Of a stretch of DNA of 64,000 nt, positions 18,346 through 27,763 are shown in pieces (the first letter of the stretch is position 1; the number at the start of each line of letters is the position of its first letter). The notes under the pieces are model-generated. The model was given only the letters and a program-made list of their open reading frames with translations. It did no database searches and was not told the origin of the DNA. The position numbers were made by a program, and so were the translations under genes. This DNA is from an uncultured Chloroflexia bacterium (GTDB lineage Bacteria; Chloroflexota; Limnocylindria; QHBO01). Location of the stretch: NCBI GenBank assembly GCA_963760875.1, contig CAVXEH010000002.1, positions 263,358-327,357 on the forward strand, given 5' to 3'.

Positions 18346-20049
18346 TCAGGCAGCGCCCGGGCCGATGGCGTCCCGGATCATGCCCTCCAGCCTGCCCAGC
18401 CCGCTCTCGAGCTCGGAGAGGTGCACGCGGATCACCCGACGCCGTCGCTTCTGCAGCGATGCGAGGTCGCCCAGGGCCTGCGCCGCCACGAGCGTCCCGA
18501 AGGTCTCCGCCCAGCCGGGGATCGGCAGGTCCTTGTGCGGCTCGGCGGTCACCTGGATGAACACACCGCTTGGCGGTCCGCCCTTGTGCAGCTGGCCGGT
18601 CGAGTGCAGGAACCGCGGCCCGAAACCCAGGGTGGTTGCCACGCCCAGGCGGTCGCGCACACTGGTCCGCAGCGCTTCCAGCCGCGCCTCGAGGTCCGGG
18701 TCGCGCGGCAGGTAGGCGAGGAGGGCCAGGTAGTCGCTCGCGGACACCAGCGAGAGGAGCTGGGCCACAGCACCGGCCACGCTGACGGGTGTATCGCCGA
18801 TGGCGTCCGGGTCGGCGTACACCGCCATTCCGTCGCCGGCGACGATGGGTGCCGGCGACGGCAGGGCTCCGTCCCGCGCGAACGCGGCCAGGAGCTCCTT
18901 GGTGGCGTCCTTGGACTCCTGGACGTTGGGCTGGTCGAACGGATCGATCCCCAGCACGATCCCCGCCGCCGCGGTCGCGATCTCCCAGCGCAGGAACTCG
19001 CCCCCGACGTCGGCGACATCGGCGATGGTGAACTCCTGGACCGGATGACCGGCGTTCCGCAAGGACGCGGCGAGCGACGCCTGTGCAGGATCCGCTTCGG
19101 CGGCGAGCGAGAGGAAGACGAAGCAGCGATCGCCGCCATAGGCGTCCACCGCGCCGGGCCTCTCTCCCACGACCGGCACGATCCCGGTCCCCTGCTTGCC
19201 GGTGCTCTCCGCCACGAGCTGCTCGACCCAGTCACCAAAGGGGGCCAGCCGGGGCGAGGTGATGACCGTGAGCTTGTCGCGTCCGGCCCGTGCCGCCTCG
19301 CCCATGAAGGCGCCCAACCGAAGGCCGGGATTCTGCGATGCCGGCACGCGGCAGGCATCTGCCATGGCGACCGCCCTCGCCAGAAGCCCGGCCAGGTCGA
19401 CACCGTGGAGGGCCGCCGGGACCAGGCCAAAGACGGTCAGCGCGGAGTACCGCCCGCCAACGTCCGGCGGGGCCTCCACGATCCCGCGGAACTCCTGGGC
19501 GCGAGCCAGGTCCGCGAGGGAGGTGCCGGGGTCGGTGATGGCCAGGAAGTCGAGGGCCGGCGCCACCTCGGCCATGGCGGCATGGAACGCATTGGGCTCC
19601 GTGGTGCCGCCGGACTTGGACGAGACGCAGAACATGGTTCGTTCGGCCGTTGCCCACTCTCGGAACCCGCGCACGGCGTCGGGATGGGTGGAGTCGCAGA
19701 TTCTCAGGTCAGCAGCGCCCGGGCCCGCATCGAAGACGCGGCTGAACAGCTCTGGCGCCAGAGACGAGCCGCCCATGCCCAGCACCGCGGCGCGGCGGTA
19801 CCCGTCGGCCGCGATGCCCCCTGCGAGGTGCGTCAGCTCCGCGACCCGCGCCGTCATCAGCACCGGCATGTCCAGCCAGCCCATCCAGCGGGCCAGCTCC
19901 TCCGGCGGCTTGCCCGAGGCGTGCCACAGGGCGCCATCCTTGGACCACATCCGATCGGCGACCCGGTCGCGGTCCCACGACGCCAGCCGATCGCGGATGG
20001 TGGCCTCGAGCGCGGCCCCGGTCGCCGTGTCCGGTGCCTGCCGGCTCAT
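18346..20049 (-). CDS. pgi: Glucose-6-phosphate isomerase (type usually paired or fused with transaldolase)
   Basis: LGMGGSSLAP, SSKSGGTTE, VGGRYSAL, EQLVAESTGK, PFDQPNVQESK and GPRFLHSTGQLHKGG motifs. Confidence 0.92.
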   Translation of the reverse strand: MSRQAPDTATGAALEATIRDRLASWDRDRVADRMWSKDGALWHASGKPPEELARWMGWLDMPVLMTARVAELTHLAGGIAADGYRRAAVLGMGGSSLAPELFSRVFDAGPGAADLRICDSTHPDAVRGFREWATAERTMFCVSSKSGGTTEPNAFHAAMAEVAPALDFLAITDPGTSLADLARAQEFRGIVEAPPDVGGRYSALTVFGLVPAALHGVDLAGLLARAVAMADACRVPASQNPGLRLGAFMGEAARAGRDKLTVITSPRLAPFGDWVEQLVAESTGKQGTGIVPVVGERPGAVDAYGGDRCFVFLSLAAEADPAQASLAASLRNAGHPVQEFTIADVADVGGEFLRWEIATAAAGIVLGIDPFDQPNVQESKDATKELLAAFARDGALPSPAPIVAGDGMAVYADPDAIGDTPVSVAGAVAQLLSLVSASDYLALLAYLPRDPDLEARLEALRTSVRDRLGVATTLGFGPRFLHSTGQLHKGGPPSGVFIQVTAEPHKDLPIPGWAETFGTLVAAQALGDLASLQKRRRRVIRVHLSELESGLGRLEGMIRDAIGPGAA

Positions 20050-21149
20050 GCTGTCGCCAGGGCCTCGCGCTTCCCGTCGATGGTGGCGATCAGGTCATCG
20101 AAGCTCTTCGCGAAGGCCGTGACGCCCTCCTCGAGCAGCTCGGCGGTCACGCGCTGCATGCTGATCCCGCAGCCCTCCACCGCGCGGATCGCGTCGTGGG
20201 CGGCGTGGAGGTCGCGATCCAGCGTGCGGCGCACGTCGCCGTGGTCCAGGAAGGCCTCGATGGTCTCCATGGGCATGGTGTTCACCGTCTCCGGGCCGAT
20301 GAGCTCCGCCACGTACAGGACGTCGGGGTACGCCGGATTCTTGGTGGAGGTCGAGGCCCACAGGCAGCGCTGGACGCGCGCGCCCGCCGCACGCAGCGGC
20401 GCGAACTCCGGGCCATGGAACAGCTCCTGGTAGGCCTCGTAGGCCAGGCGCGCGTTCGCGATGGCGGCGGTCCCCCGTGCGTTGCGGGCCGCATCGGTGT
20501 CGTTCGCCTCGAGCATCTTGTCCACCTTGGTGTCGACACGGCTCACGAAGAAGCTGGCCACCGAGGCCACGCCATGGACGTCCTGGCCGGCAGCCAGCCG
20601 TCGGCGCAGCCCGCCGATGTAGGCCATGGCCACCTCGCGGTAGGCCTCGACGCTGAACATGAGCGTCACATTGACGTTGATGCCGTCGGCAATGGCCGCC
20701 TCGATGGCCGGGATGCCGGCCGGGGTCGCGGGAATCTTGATGAAGACGTTGCGCCGTCCCAGGAGACGCCACAGCTCCCGGGCGCGGGCGAGCGTGGCAT
20801 TGGTGTCGCCGGCCAGGTTCGGCTCCACCTCGATGCTGGCGAACCCGTCGGCGCCGTCAGACGCGTCGTAGACGCGTCGCAGCCGGTCGGCGGCATCCCC
20901 GACATCACCGGTGGCGATGGCCTGGTAGATGGCCTGGTTGCCCTCCCCGGCGTCGATCATGCGCCGGATGAGCGCGTCGTAGTGACCGCCGCTGATGGCC
21001 TTGGCGAAGATCGTGGGGTTGCTGGTCAGCCCGCGGATCCCGGACTCGATCAGCTCGTCCAGCCGGCCGCTCTCGATGAGCTGCCGATCGATGGAGTCGA
21101 TCCAGGGGGACTGGTCCTGCTCGGCGTGCAGCTGCTGGAGCGTGTTCAT
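20046..21149 (-). CDS. tal: Transaldolase
   Basis: GLTSNPTIF, FIKIPAT, NVTLMFS, SFFVSRVDT and LWASTSTKNP motifs. Start at ATG 21149 behind GAGGAGGAG. Confidence 0.95.
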   Translation of the reverse strand: MNTLQQLHAEQDQSPWIDSIDRQLIESGRLDELIESGIRGLTSNPTIFAKAISGGHYDALIRRMIDAGEGNQAIYQAIATGDVGDAADRLRRVYDASDGADGFASIEVEPNLAGDTNATLARARELWRLLGRRNVFIKIPATPAGIPAIEAAIADGINVNVTLMFSVEAYREVAMAYIGGLRRRLAAGQDVHGVASVASFFVSRVDTKVDKMLEANDTDAARNARGTAAIANARLAYEAYQELFHGPEFAPLRAAGARVQRCLWASTSTKNPAYPDVLYVAELIGPETVNTMPMETIEAFLDHGDVRRTLDRDLHAAHDAIRAVEGCGISMQRVTAELLEEGVTAFAKSFDDLIATIDGKREALATA

Positions 21150-21162
21150 CTGCGTCTCCTCC

Positions 21163-23023
21163 TCAGGCCGATGCGCCGGCCGGCGTGCCCACGAGCTGGC
21201 GCGCGGCCCGCGCGATTCCTGCCGCGTCGATGCCGGCCGCGGCGAGCTGCTCTTCGGGTGTCGCGGAGCCGGGCATGTGACGGACGGCGAGGCGTACGAC
21301 CCGCGGGTGGTCGCTGCCCAGCCCCGCATACGCCTCGAGCACCGCGTCGCCCAGGCCGCCCTCCGGGAAGTGGTCCTCCACGGTCACGATGGCGCCCGTG
21401 TCTCGCGCGGCGGCCAGAAGCGCGTCCGTGTCGACCGGCTTGATGCTGTACAGGTCGATGACCCGGGCCGCGATCCCCTCGCCGGCAAGGGTGTCGGCGG
21501 CCTTCATGGCCTCGTGCAGGGTCACGCCGGCCCCGATGAGGGTCACCGCGTCCGCGGTGGACTCGCGCACGACCCGGCTGCCGCCGATGGGGAAGCTCTC
21601 CCCCGGCTGGTAGATGATCGGGGTCTTCTCGCGCGTCGTGCGCATGAAGACGATTCCCTCGCGGTCGGGAAGCTGGCGCATGAGGTCCGCGGTCTGGTTC
21701 GGGTCCGAGGGATAGAGGACCGTGCTGCCGAACACGGCCCGCAGCGAGGCCAGATCCTCGAGCGCCATCTGCGATGGTCCGTCCTCGCCGATGCTCACCC
21801 CGGCGTGGGACCCGGCAAGCACCAGGCTCGCGCGGCTCACCGCGGCCATGCGCACGAAGTCGTAGGCGCGCGACAGGAACGCCGCGAACGTGCTGGCGAA
21901 GGGTCGCCAGCCTCGTACCTGGAGGCCCACCGCGGCCGCGACCATCTGCTGCTCGGCGATGTACATCTCGAAGTAGCGGTCGGGAATCGCGTCGCGGAAT
22001 GCCTCGGAATAGGTGGAGTTGCCCACTTCTCCGTCCAGCGCCACGACATCGCCGCGGGCCTTGCCCAGGGCGACGAGGGCGTCGCCGTAGGCACGCCGCG
22101 TGGCCTCCTTGCCGCCGACCTCGTACTTCGGCAGCACCAGGGCCCCGGACTCGAACTCGTGGGGCTCGCCGGAGCCTTCGGGCTTCGCGACCGCGATGTG
22201 CACGTTGCGGAGCCCGCCGAGCTCCTCGATGGCGGCCTCGGGGTGCGGGAGCGGCTTGCCGTGGAAGCCGTTCTTGTTGGCCACCTCCGCGACGCCGTGG
22301 CCCTTCTCCGTCCGGGCCAGGATCATGGTGGGCCGATCGGCCGTGGCCTTCGCCTCCTCGTAGGCGGCGTCCACCGCGGCGACGTCATGCCCATCGATCT
22401 CGATAGCGTGCCACCCCGAGGCGCGGGCCCGCGCCGCGTAGCTGTCCAGGTTCCAGCCGTGCATGGTCTCGCCGGTCTGGCCCAGCCGGTTGACGTCGAT
22501 GATGGCGGTCAGGTTCTCCAGTCCGGCGAAGGCAGCGTGCTCGACGGCCTCCCAGATTGAGCCCTTCGGCCATCTCCGAGTCGCCGCACAGGACCCAGAC
22601 ACGATACGGGAGGCGGTCCAGGCGCTTGCCGGCGAGGGCGACGCCCACGGCGATGGGCAGGCCCTGGCCGAGCGAGCCGGTGGCCACGTCGACCCAGGGC
22701 AGCACCGGGGTGGGGTGACCCTCGATCCGGCTCCCGAGCTTGCGGAAGGTGAGCATCTCCTCGTCGCTGATGGCACCGGCCGCCTTGTACATCGCGTACA
22801 GGAGGGGCGACGCATGGCCCTTGGAGAAGATCAGATGGTCGTTGTTCGGGTTGGCGGGATCGGCGAAGTCGTAGTGCAGGTGCTTCGCCATCAGCACCGC
22901 CATGAGGTCCGCCGCCGACATCGAGGAGGTCGGGTGCCCGGATCCCGCCGTCGAGCTCGATCGGACGGAATCGACGCGCAGCTGCTGGCCCAGCTCGCGC
23001 CAGAGATCGTTGTCATTCGTCAC
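21163..23023 (-). CDS. tkt: Transketolase, with an apparent +1 frameshift at about 22562-22564
   Basis: GSGHPTSS, FSKGHASP, GSLGQG and GDSEMAEG lie in one frame; SIWEA...IDVNRLGQ and SHAGVSIGEDGPSQM lie in the next. Removing one G gives EMAEGSIWEA. Confidence 0.93.
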
Positions 23024-23136
23024 GTGTGCTCAGCTCCGATCGGTTCGCTTCGTGCGTCATTCGCGTGCAATGCGACACCCATGATACGAGGGTCGGCTCC
23101 ACTCCCCAACCGAGCGGATGGCCGGGCGGCGGACAC

Positions 23137-23173
23137 GAAGAAGCCGGGCCCTCCACAGGGGAGCTGCCCGGCC
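23137..23173 (-). terminator. Intrinsic terminator downstream of the zinc-ribbon gene
   Basis: On the minus strand: GCCGGGC-agCTCC-ctgt-GGAG-g-GCCCGGC followed by TTCTTC. Confidence 0.65.
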
Positions 23174-23197
23174 TTGGTGTGGAGCCTGGTCGCGCGA

Positions 23198-23503
23198 TCA
23201 GCCGCGCATCAGGCGGAAGCAGTCGCTGCAGTACACCGGGCGTGCGCCGGTCGGGCGGAAGGGGACCTGGGTCTCCTTCCCGCACCTGGCGCACGTGGCG
23301 TCGAACAGCTCACGCGGACCGCGGGCCGCGCCGTTGCCATAGCTGGACGACCCCATGGTCGCACGACGCTGGGCGCGGCAGGACATGCAGCGCTTGGGCT
23401 CAGAGGAGAACCCCTTCTGCGCGAAGAACTCCTGCTCGGACGCGGAGAAGACGAAGTCAATGCCGCAGTCCGCACACTGCAGGACCTTGTCGGTGTAGGT
23501 CAC
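23198..23503 (-). CDS. Zinc-ribbon / CxxC-x17-CxxC domain protein
   Basis: DKVLQCADCGIDFVFSASEQEFF..KGF..EPKRCMSCR and CARCGKETQVPFRP..RPVYCSDCF. Confidence 0.92.
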   Translation of the reverse strand: MTYTDKVLQCADCGIDFVFSASEQEFFAQKGFSSEPKRCMSCRAQRRATMGSSSYGNGAARGPRELFDATCARCGKETQVPFRPTGARPVYCSDCFRLMRG

Positions 23504-23664
23504 TCAGGACCCCTCCCAGTTGATGTGATTGCCGCGTCGGGCCGTCCACGTTCATCGACGCCACCCAGGGGTCTTGCCGCTACCCCGGAGCCGACCGTGA
23601 ACGCAGGTGGGAGGGGAGGGAAGTCTATCCGGCGTCGAGCCGCAACCCGACGGCGCGCAGTATA
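23504..23664 (-). promoter_or_regulatory. TATACT -10 element plus a structured ~150-nt 5' leader containing an anti-Shine-Dalgarno
   Basis: -10 at 23659-23664. CCCCTCCCA (23608-23616) is perfectly complementary to the SD region TGGGAGGGG (23510-23518). Confidence 0.55.
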
Positions 23665-23720
23665 CGCATGGGTCCGCGGTCCGCAAGACCCGAGTGTCAC
23701 GCGAGCGTATGCTCGTGCCA

Positions 23721-23915
23721 ATGCGGATCGTTCCCATCGTGCTGGGCGCCCTCGTCGCGCTGGCCGGCGCCGTCTGGATCGCCCAGGGTCTGAACCTGCC
23801 CTTCGCGCCGCGCAGCTTCATGACCCGGGACCTCACCTGGACCCTCATCGGCGTGGTGGCGCTCGTCGCCGGGCTCGCCCTGGTGGCGTGGGGCTGGAGA
23901 CGCCCGACCCACTGA
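23721..23915 (+). CDS. Small two-TM membrane protein
   Basis: MRIVPIVLGALVALAGAVWIAQG...SFM...WTLIGVVALVAG; TATGCT lies 7 nt before the ATG. Confidence 0.75.
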   Translation: MRIVPIVLGALVALAGAVWIAQGLNLPFAPRSFMTRDLTWTLIGVVALVAGLALVAWGWRRPTH

Positions 23916-23957
23916 GTGGACGTCGGCTCCCCCGCCGACCTAGGCCCCGGCCAGCAG

Positions 23958-24542
23958 TCAGATGAAGGTCGCGCCGGCTCCGGTCATCTCCGCCACGGCA
24001 CGTCGTCCGTCGCCATCGGCGAGGTCGACCGCGGCGATGCCGTTGGCCAGGACCTGCGTCTCGAATCCCAGGCGAATCGCGTCGAGGGCGGTCGCCTTCA
24101 CGCAGTAGTCCGTCGCCAGGCCGCCGATCACGACCCTCCGGGTGCCCCGGGAGCGCAGGAGCTCCTCGAGCTCGGTGGCCGCCTCCTCACCGGTGTTCGG
24201 ATCCCGCATCCTGAACCCCGAGTATCCGTCCTCGCCGTTGGAGCCCTTCCGCACAAGCGGTCCGTCGACCACCAGCATCGGGTGGAGCTCGGCGCCCCAG
24301 GTGCCCATGACGCAATGGACGGGCCAGATGCCGCCGTCCTTGGCGAAATGAGGCGTCGTGGGCGGGTGCCAGTCCTGCGTGTAGACGATGGCAGCCCCCG
24401 CGTCGTGGGCGGCACGGACCTGGTCGTTGAGCTCGCCGATGATCCGGTCCCCGCCGCGAACGGACAGGCTGCCCGATGGATCGGCAAAGTCGTTCTGCAC
24501 GTCCACCAGCAGCAGGGCGGTGCGATCGTCGTAGGTAGCCAC
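23958..24542 (-). CDS. pncA: Nicotinamidase/pyrazinamidase (isochorismatase family)
   Basis: LLLVDVQNDF, TQDWHP, WPVHCV, RKG..GYSGF and GLATDYCV motifs. GTG start 6 nt after TACCAT. Confidence 0.9.
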   Translation of the reverse strand: MATYDDRTALLLVDVQNDFADPSGSLSVRGGDRIIGELNDQVRAAHDAGAAIVYTQDWHPPTTPHFAKDGGIWPVHCVMGTWGAELHPMLVVDGPLVRKGSNGEDGYSGFRMRDPNTGEEAATELEELLRSRGTRRVVIGGLATDYCVKATALDAIRLGFETQVLANGIAAVDLADGDGRRAVAEMTGAGATFI

Positions 24543-24628
24543 GGATCGATGGTAGCGACCCGCGGCAGCGGCGTCTCGGAGCCCACGGCGTCGCACGCGG
24601 CCCGCTCACCGCGCTAGGATGGGCATGG

Positions 24629-25363
24629 ATGCCGCGACACCAACGCCGTCATGGGCGCCGAGCCGTCCCCCTGCTCGTGGGCACCCTGGCCGCCGCCCTG
24701 CTGGCCGGGTGCACCGTCTCCCCTGCAACGGAGGAGGCGCAACGGGTGCAGGGGCTGTACAACCTGTTCCTGGTCTCGGCGGCCGTCGTCTTCGTCATCG
24801 TCGCCGGGCTGATCGGCTGGAACATCCTGCGATATCGGGCCCAGCCAGGCGACACCGGGCTCCCGACCCAGACCAGCTCGAACATCGCCCTGGAGCTCAC
24901 CTGGTGGGCACTGCCCACCCTCCTCGTCATCGTCCTGTTCGCGATCAGCGCCGTGGTCCTGAACACGAACGATGCGCAGACCGCGGACCCGGGCCTGCGA
25001 GTCAAGGTCGAGGGGTTCCAGTGGCAGTGGCGCTTCACGTACACCGACGCCGGCGTGGTGGTGACCGGCACCCGTGCCCAGAAGCCGGAGCTCGTCCTGC
25101 CTGTGGGCGAGGTCGTGGACTTCCAGCTGGTCTCCGATGACGTGATCCATTCCTTCTTCATCCCCCATTTCCTGGTGAAGCGGGACCTGATCCCGGGTGT
25201 GGATAACCACCTCCAGCTCACGATCGATGAGGCGGGAACCTACAGCGGCCAGTGCGCCGAGTTCTGCGGCCTGTACCACGACGAGATGCGCTTCACCATC
25301 CGCGCCGTGTCGCAGGCGGACTTCACCGCGTGGCTGGCTGCACAGCCGAGGAGCGCCCCATGA
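24629..25363 (+). CDS. ctaC: Cytochrome c oxidase subunit II (lipoprotein, CuA)
   Basis: Lipobox LLAGC, LELTWW, GFQWQW, DVIHSF and [12 protein letters not shown]; no fused cytochrome c. Confidence 0.95.
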   Translation: MPRHQRRHGRRAVPLLVGTLAAALLAGCTVSPATEEAQRVQGLYNLFLVSAAVVFVIVAGLIGWNILRYRAQPGDTGLPTQTSSNIALELTWWALPTLLVIVLFAISAVVLNTNDAQTADPGLRVKVEGFQWQWRFTYTDAGVVVTGTRAQKPELVLPVGEVVDFQLVSDDVIHSFFIPHFLVKRDLIPGVDNHLQLTIDEAGTYSGQCAEFCGLYHDEMRFTIRAVSQADFTAWLAAQPRSAP

Positions 25364-27060
25364 CCACCGCCGAGCTGGAGCACCCGGGGGTCACGGCCCA
25401 CCCTGAGCACGAGCGGACCGGGATCGTCGACTACCTGACCACCACCGACCACAAGAAGATCGGGCTGCTGTACCTGTTCACCGGGCTCGCGTTCCTCATC
25501 ATCTCCGGGACGCTCTCCCTGTTCATGCGCGCGGAGCTCACGTTCCCCGACCTGCAGTTCATGGACGAGGCGACCTACAACCAGCTCTTCACGATGCACG
25601 GGACGGGGATGATCTTCTTCTTCGCCTCCCCGGTCGTCTTCGGCTTCGCCAACTACTTCCTGCCCCTGCAGATCGGCGCACCCGACGTCGCCTTCCCGCG
25701 CCTGAACGCGCTCACCTACTGGCTGGCGCTCGGCGGTGGGCTGGTGGCCTTCTCCGGGTTCTTCGTGGGCGGCGCGGCGGCCTTCGGCTGGACCGGATAT
25801 GCCCCGCTATCGAGCGCAGTCTTCTCGCCGGGGACCGGCACCAACCTGTGGATCGTGGGGCTCATCATGTCGGGCAGCTCCGGCATCCTGGGGGCGGTGA
25901 ACTTCATCGCCACGGTGTTCACCATGCGCGCTCCCGGGATGACCATGTTCCGGCTGACGATCTTCGTCTGGAACATGCTGGTCACCTCGCTGCTCATCAT
26001 GCTCACCTTCCCGGTCCTCACCAGCGCGCTGGCCATGCTGCTCATCGACCGCACGCTGGGCGCGCACTTCTTCGACCCGGCCGTGGGCGGGAGTGCGGTC
26101 CTCTGGCAGCACCTCTTCTGGTTCTTCGGGCACCCGGAGGTCTACATCCTCATCCTGCCCTTCTTCGGGATCGTCACCGAGATCATCCCGGTCTTCAGCA
26201 GCAAGCCGGTCTTTGGCTATCGCGCCTTCGTGTTCGCCACGATCCTCATCGGCGTGCTGAGCTACAGCGTCTGGGCCCACCACATGTTCGCGACCGGCGT
26301 GGTCGACAACCTGTTCTTCGCCATCACCTCGATGATGATCGCCATCCCCACCGGGGTGAAGTTCTTCAACTGGATCGCCACGATGTTCCGCGGCCGGCTC
26401 AGATTCCAGACGCCCATGCTCTTCTGCATGGGCTTCCTGGTCATGTTCCTGATCGGAGGCCTGACCGGACCGTTCCTCGCCTCGCCGGCGATCGACTACG
26501 CGGTGCATGACACCTACTTCGTGGTGGCGCATTTCCACTACGTCCTCTTCGGCGGGTCGGTCTTCGCCGCGTTCGCAGGCCTCTACTACTGGCTGCCCAA
26601 GATGACCGGGCGCCTGTTCGACGAGCGGCTCGGGAAGATCCACTTCTGGCTCATGGCGATCGGCATGAACGTCACCTTCTTCCCCATGCACTTCCTGGGC
26701 CTGGAGGGGATGCCGCGGCGCGTCGCCAACTACCCGGCCAGCGAAACGGGGTGGACCATCCTCAACGTGATCATCACCGCCGGCTCGGTGGTGCTGGCCA
26801 TCTCGATCCTGGTCTTTGCCTGGAACCTCGTCTCCTCGATCTTCCTGGGCCACGGCCAGGTGGCCGGCGACGATCCATGGCAGGGCTATGGGCTCGAATG
26901 GGCCACGACATCGCCGCCTCCGCATCACAACTTCACGCACCTGCCGCCGATCCGATCCGAGCGCCCGGTCTTCGATGCCCGCGTCGCAGCCATGGCGGCA
27001 CAGGCCGGACAGGCTGGGCCGGCGGCGCCGGCCGCGCCGGCCGGAGGCAGCCATGGCTGA
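25360..27060 (+). CDS. ctaD: Cytochrome c oxidase subunit I (A1 type)
   Basis: [34 protein letters not shown] and GMPRR motifs; ATGA overlap with ctaC. Confidence 0.97.
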   Translation: MTTAELEHPGVTAHPEHERTGIVDYLTTTDHKKIGLLYLFTGLAFLIISGTLSLFMRAELTFPDLQFMDEATYNQLFTMHGTGMIFFFASPVVFGFANYFLPLQIGAPDVAFPRLNALTYWLALGGGLVAFSGFFVGGAAAFGWTGYAPLSSAVFSPGTGTNLWIVGLIMSGSSGILGAVNFIATVFTMRAPGMTMFRLTIFVWNMLVTSLLIMLTFPVLTSALAMLLIDRTLGAHFFDPAVGGSAVLWQHLFWFFGHPEVYILILPFFGIVTEIIPVFSSKPVFGYRAFVFATILIGVLSYSVWAHHMFATGVVDNLFFAITSMMIAIPTGVKFFNWIATMFRGRLRFQTPMLFCMGFLVMFLIGGLTGPFLASPAIDYAVHDTYFVVAHFHYVLFGGSVFAAFAGLYYWLPKMTGRLFDERLGKIHFWLMAIGMNVTFFPMHFLGLEGMPRRVANYPASETGWTILNVIITAGSVVLAISILVFAWNLVSSIFLGHGQVAGDDPWQGYGLEWATTSPPPHHNFTHLPPIRSERPVFDARVAAMAAQAGQAGPAAPAAPAGGSHG

Positions 27061-27502
27061 GGAGGTTCGCTTCTTCCTGCGCACCGCCCTGTACACCGTC
27101 CTCATCGCGGCCGTCTACTGGTTCGTGAGCTACGAGACGGCCGGGACGGTCATGCTCATCTTCGTCAGTGCGGCGACCGCCGCGGTGGTGATCGTCGTGT
27201 CCGTCGCCGTCCGCGCCTCCCGCGACGAGCTCGACCCGCGGGTCGGTGGCCCGCTCCGTCGCACGGGCACGCTTGTCGGCCGGCTGGTGGGCTTCTCGGA
27301 GCCGCGGCGCGGCGCGGCGGAGGAGCCGCTGGCCGCCGGGTTGGAGCCGATACCGACCGGGAGCATCTGGCCGCTGCTGGGCGCCGCGGCGGCGACCCTC
27401 CTCGCGCTGGGCGTGGTCTACGGCCCGTGGCTTCTCCTGCCGGGGATCGGCGTGGCCGTCATCACCGTGTGGGGCTGGCTCACCCAGATGGACGCCCGCT
27501 AG
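27053..27502 (+). CDS. ctaF: Actinobacterial-type cytochrome c oxidase subunit IV
   Basis: [21 protein letters not shown]..., SIWPLL; follows ctaD directly. Confidence 0.7.
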   Translation: MAEEVRFFLRTALYTVLIAAVYWFVSYETAGTVMLIFVSAATAAVVIVVSVAVRASRDELDPRVGGPLRRTGTLVGRLVGFSEPRRGAAEEPLAAGLEPIPTGSIWPLLGAAAATLLALGVVYGPWLLLPGIGVAVITVWGWLTQMDAR

Positions 27503-27518
27503 GCAAGGCACACCTGGA

Positions 27519-27685
27519 CCATCCGCCCAGCCCGAGCAGTGGCACTGGTCACAGCCCGCAGGACAGCTCCCGGGCCGACCCCATCCGCCCAGCCTGAGCA
27601 GTGGCACTGGTCACAGCCCGCAGGACAGCTCCCGGGCCGACCCCTATCCGCCCAGCCTGAGCAGTGGCACTGGTCCCAGCCCGCA
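27519..27685. repeat. Intergenic tandem repeat, about 2.7 copies of a 62-64-bp unit with a palindromic CAGTG-G-CACTG core
   Basis: Units start at 27519, 27581 and about 27643 and differ by only a few bases. Confidence 0.9.
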
Positions 27686-27763
27686 CGGGTGACGGGCATA
27701 CGCGAGGGGCGGACCGTGCGGCCCGCCCCTCGGCTGGTTCTGCTGTGGTGACCGAGGCCTCGG

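Noticed and set aside
27519-27685. Mini-CRISPR array
   Set aside because: The linkers are identical to each other and only about 20 nt, the repeats are about 42 nt, and no cas genes are in the window.
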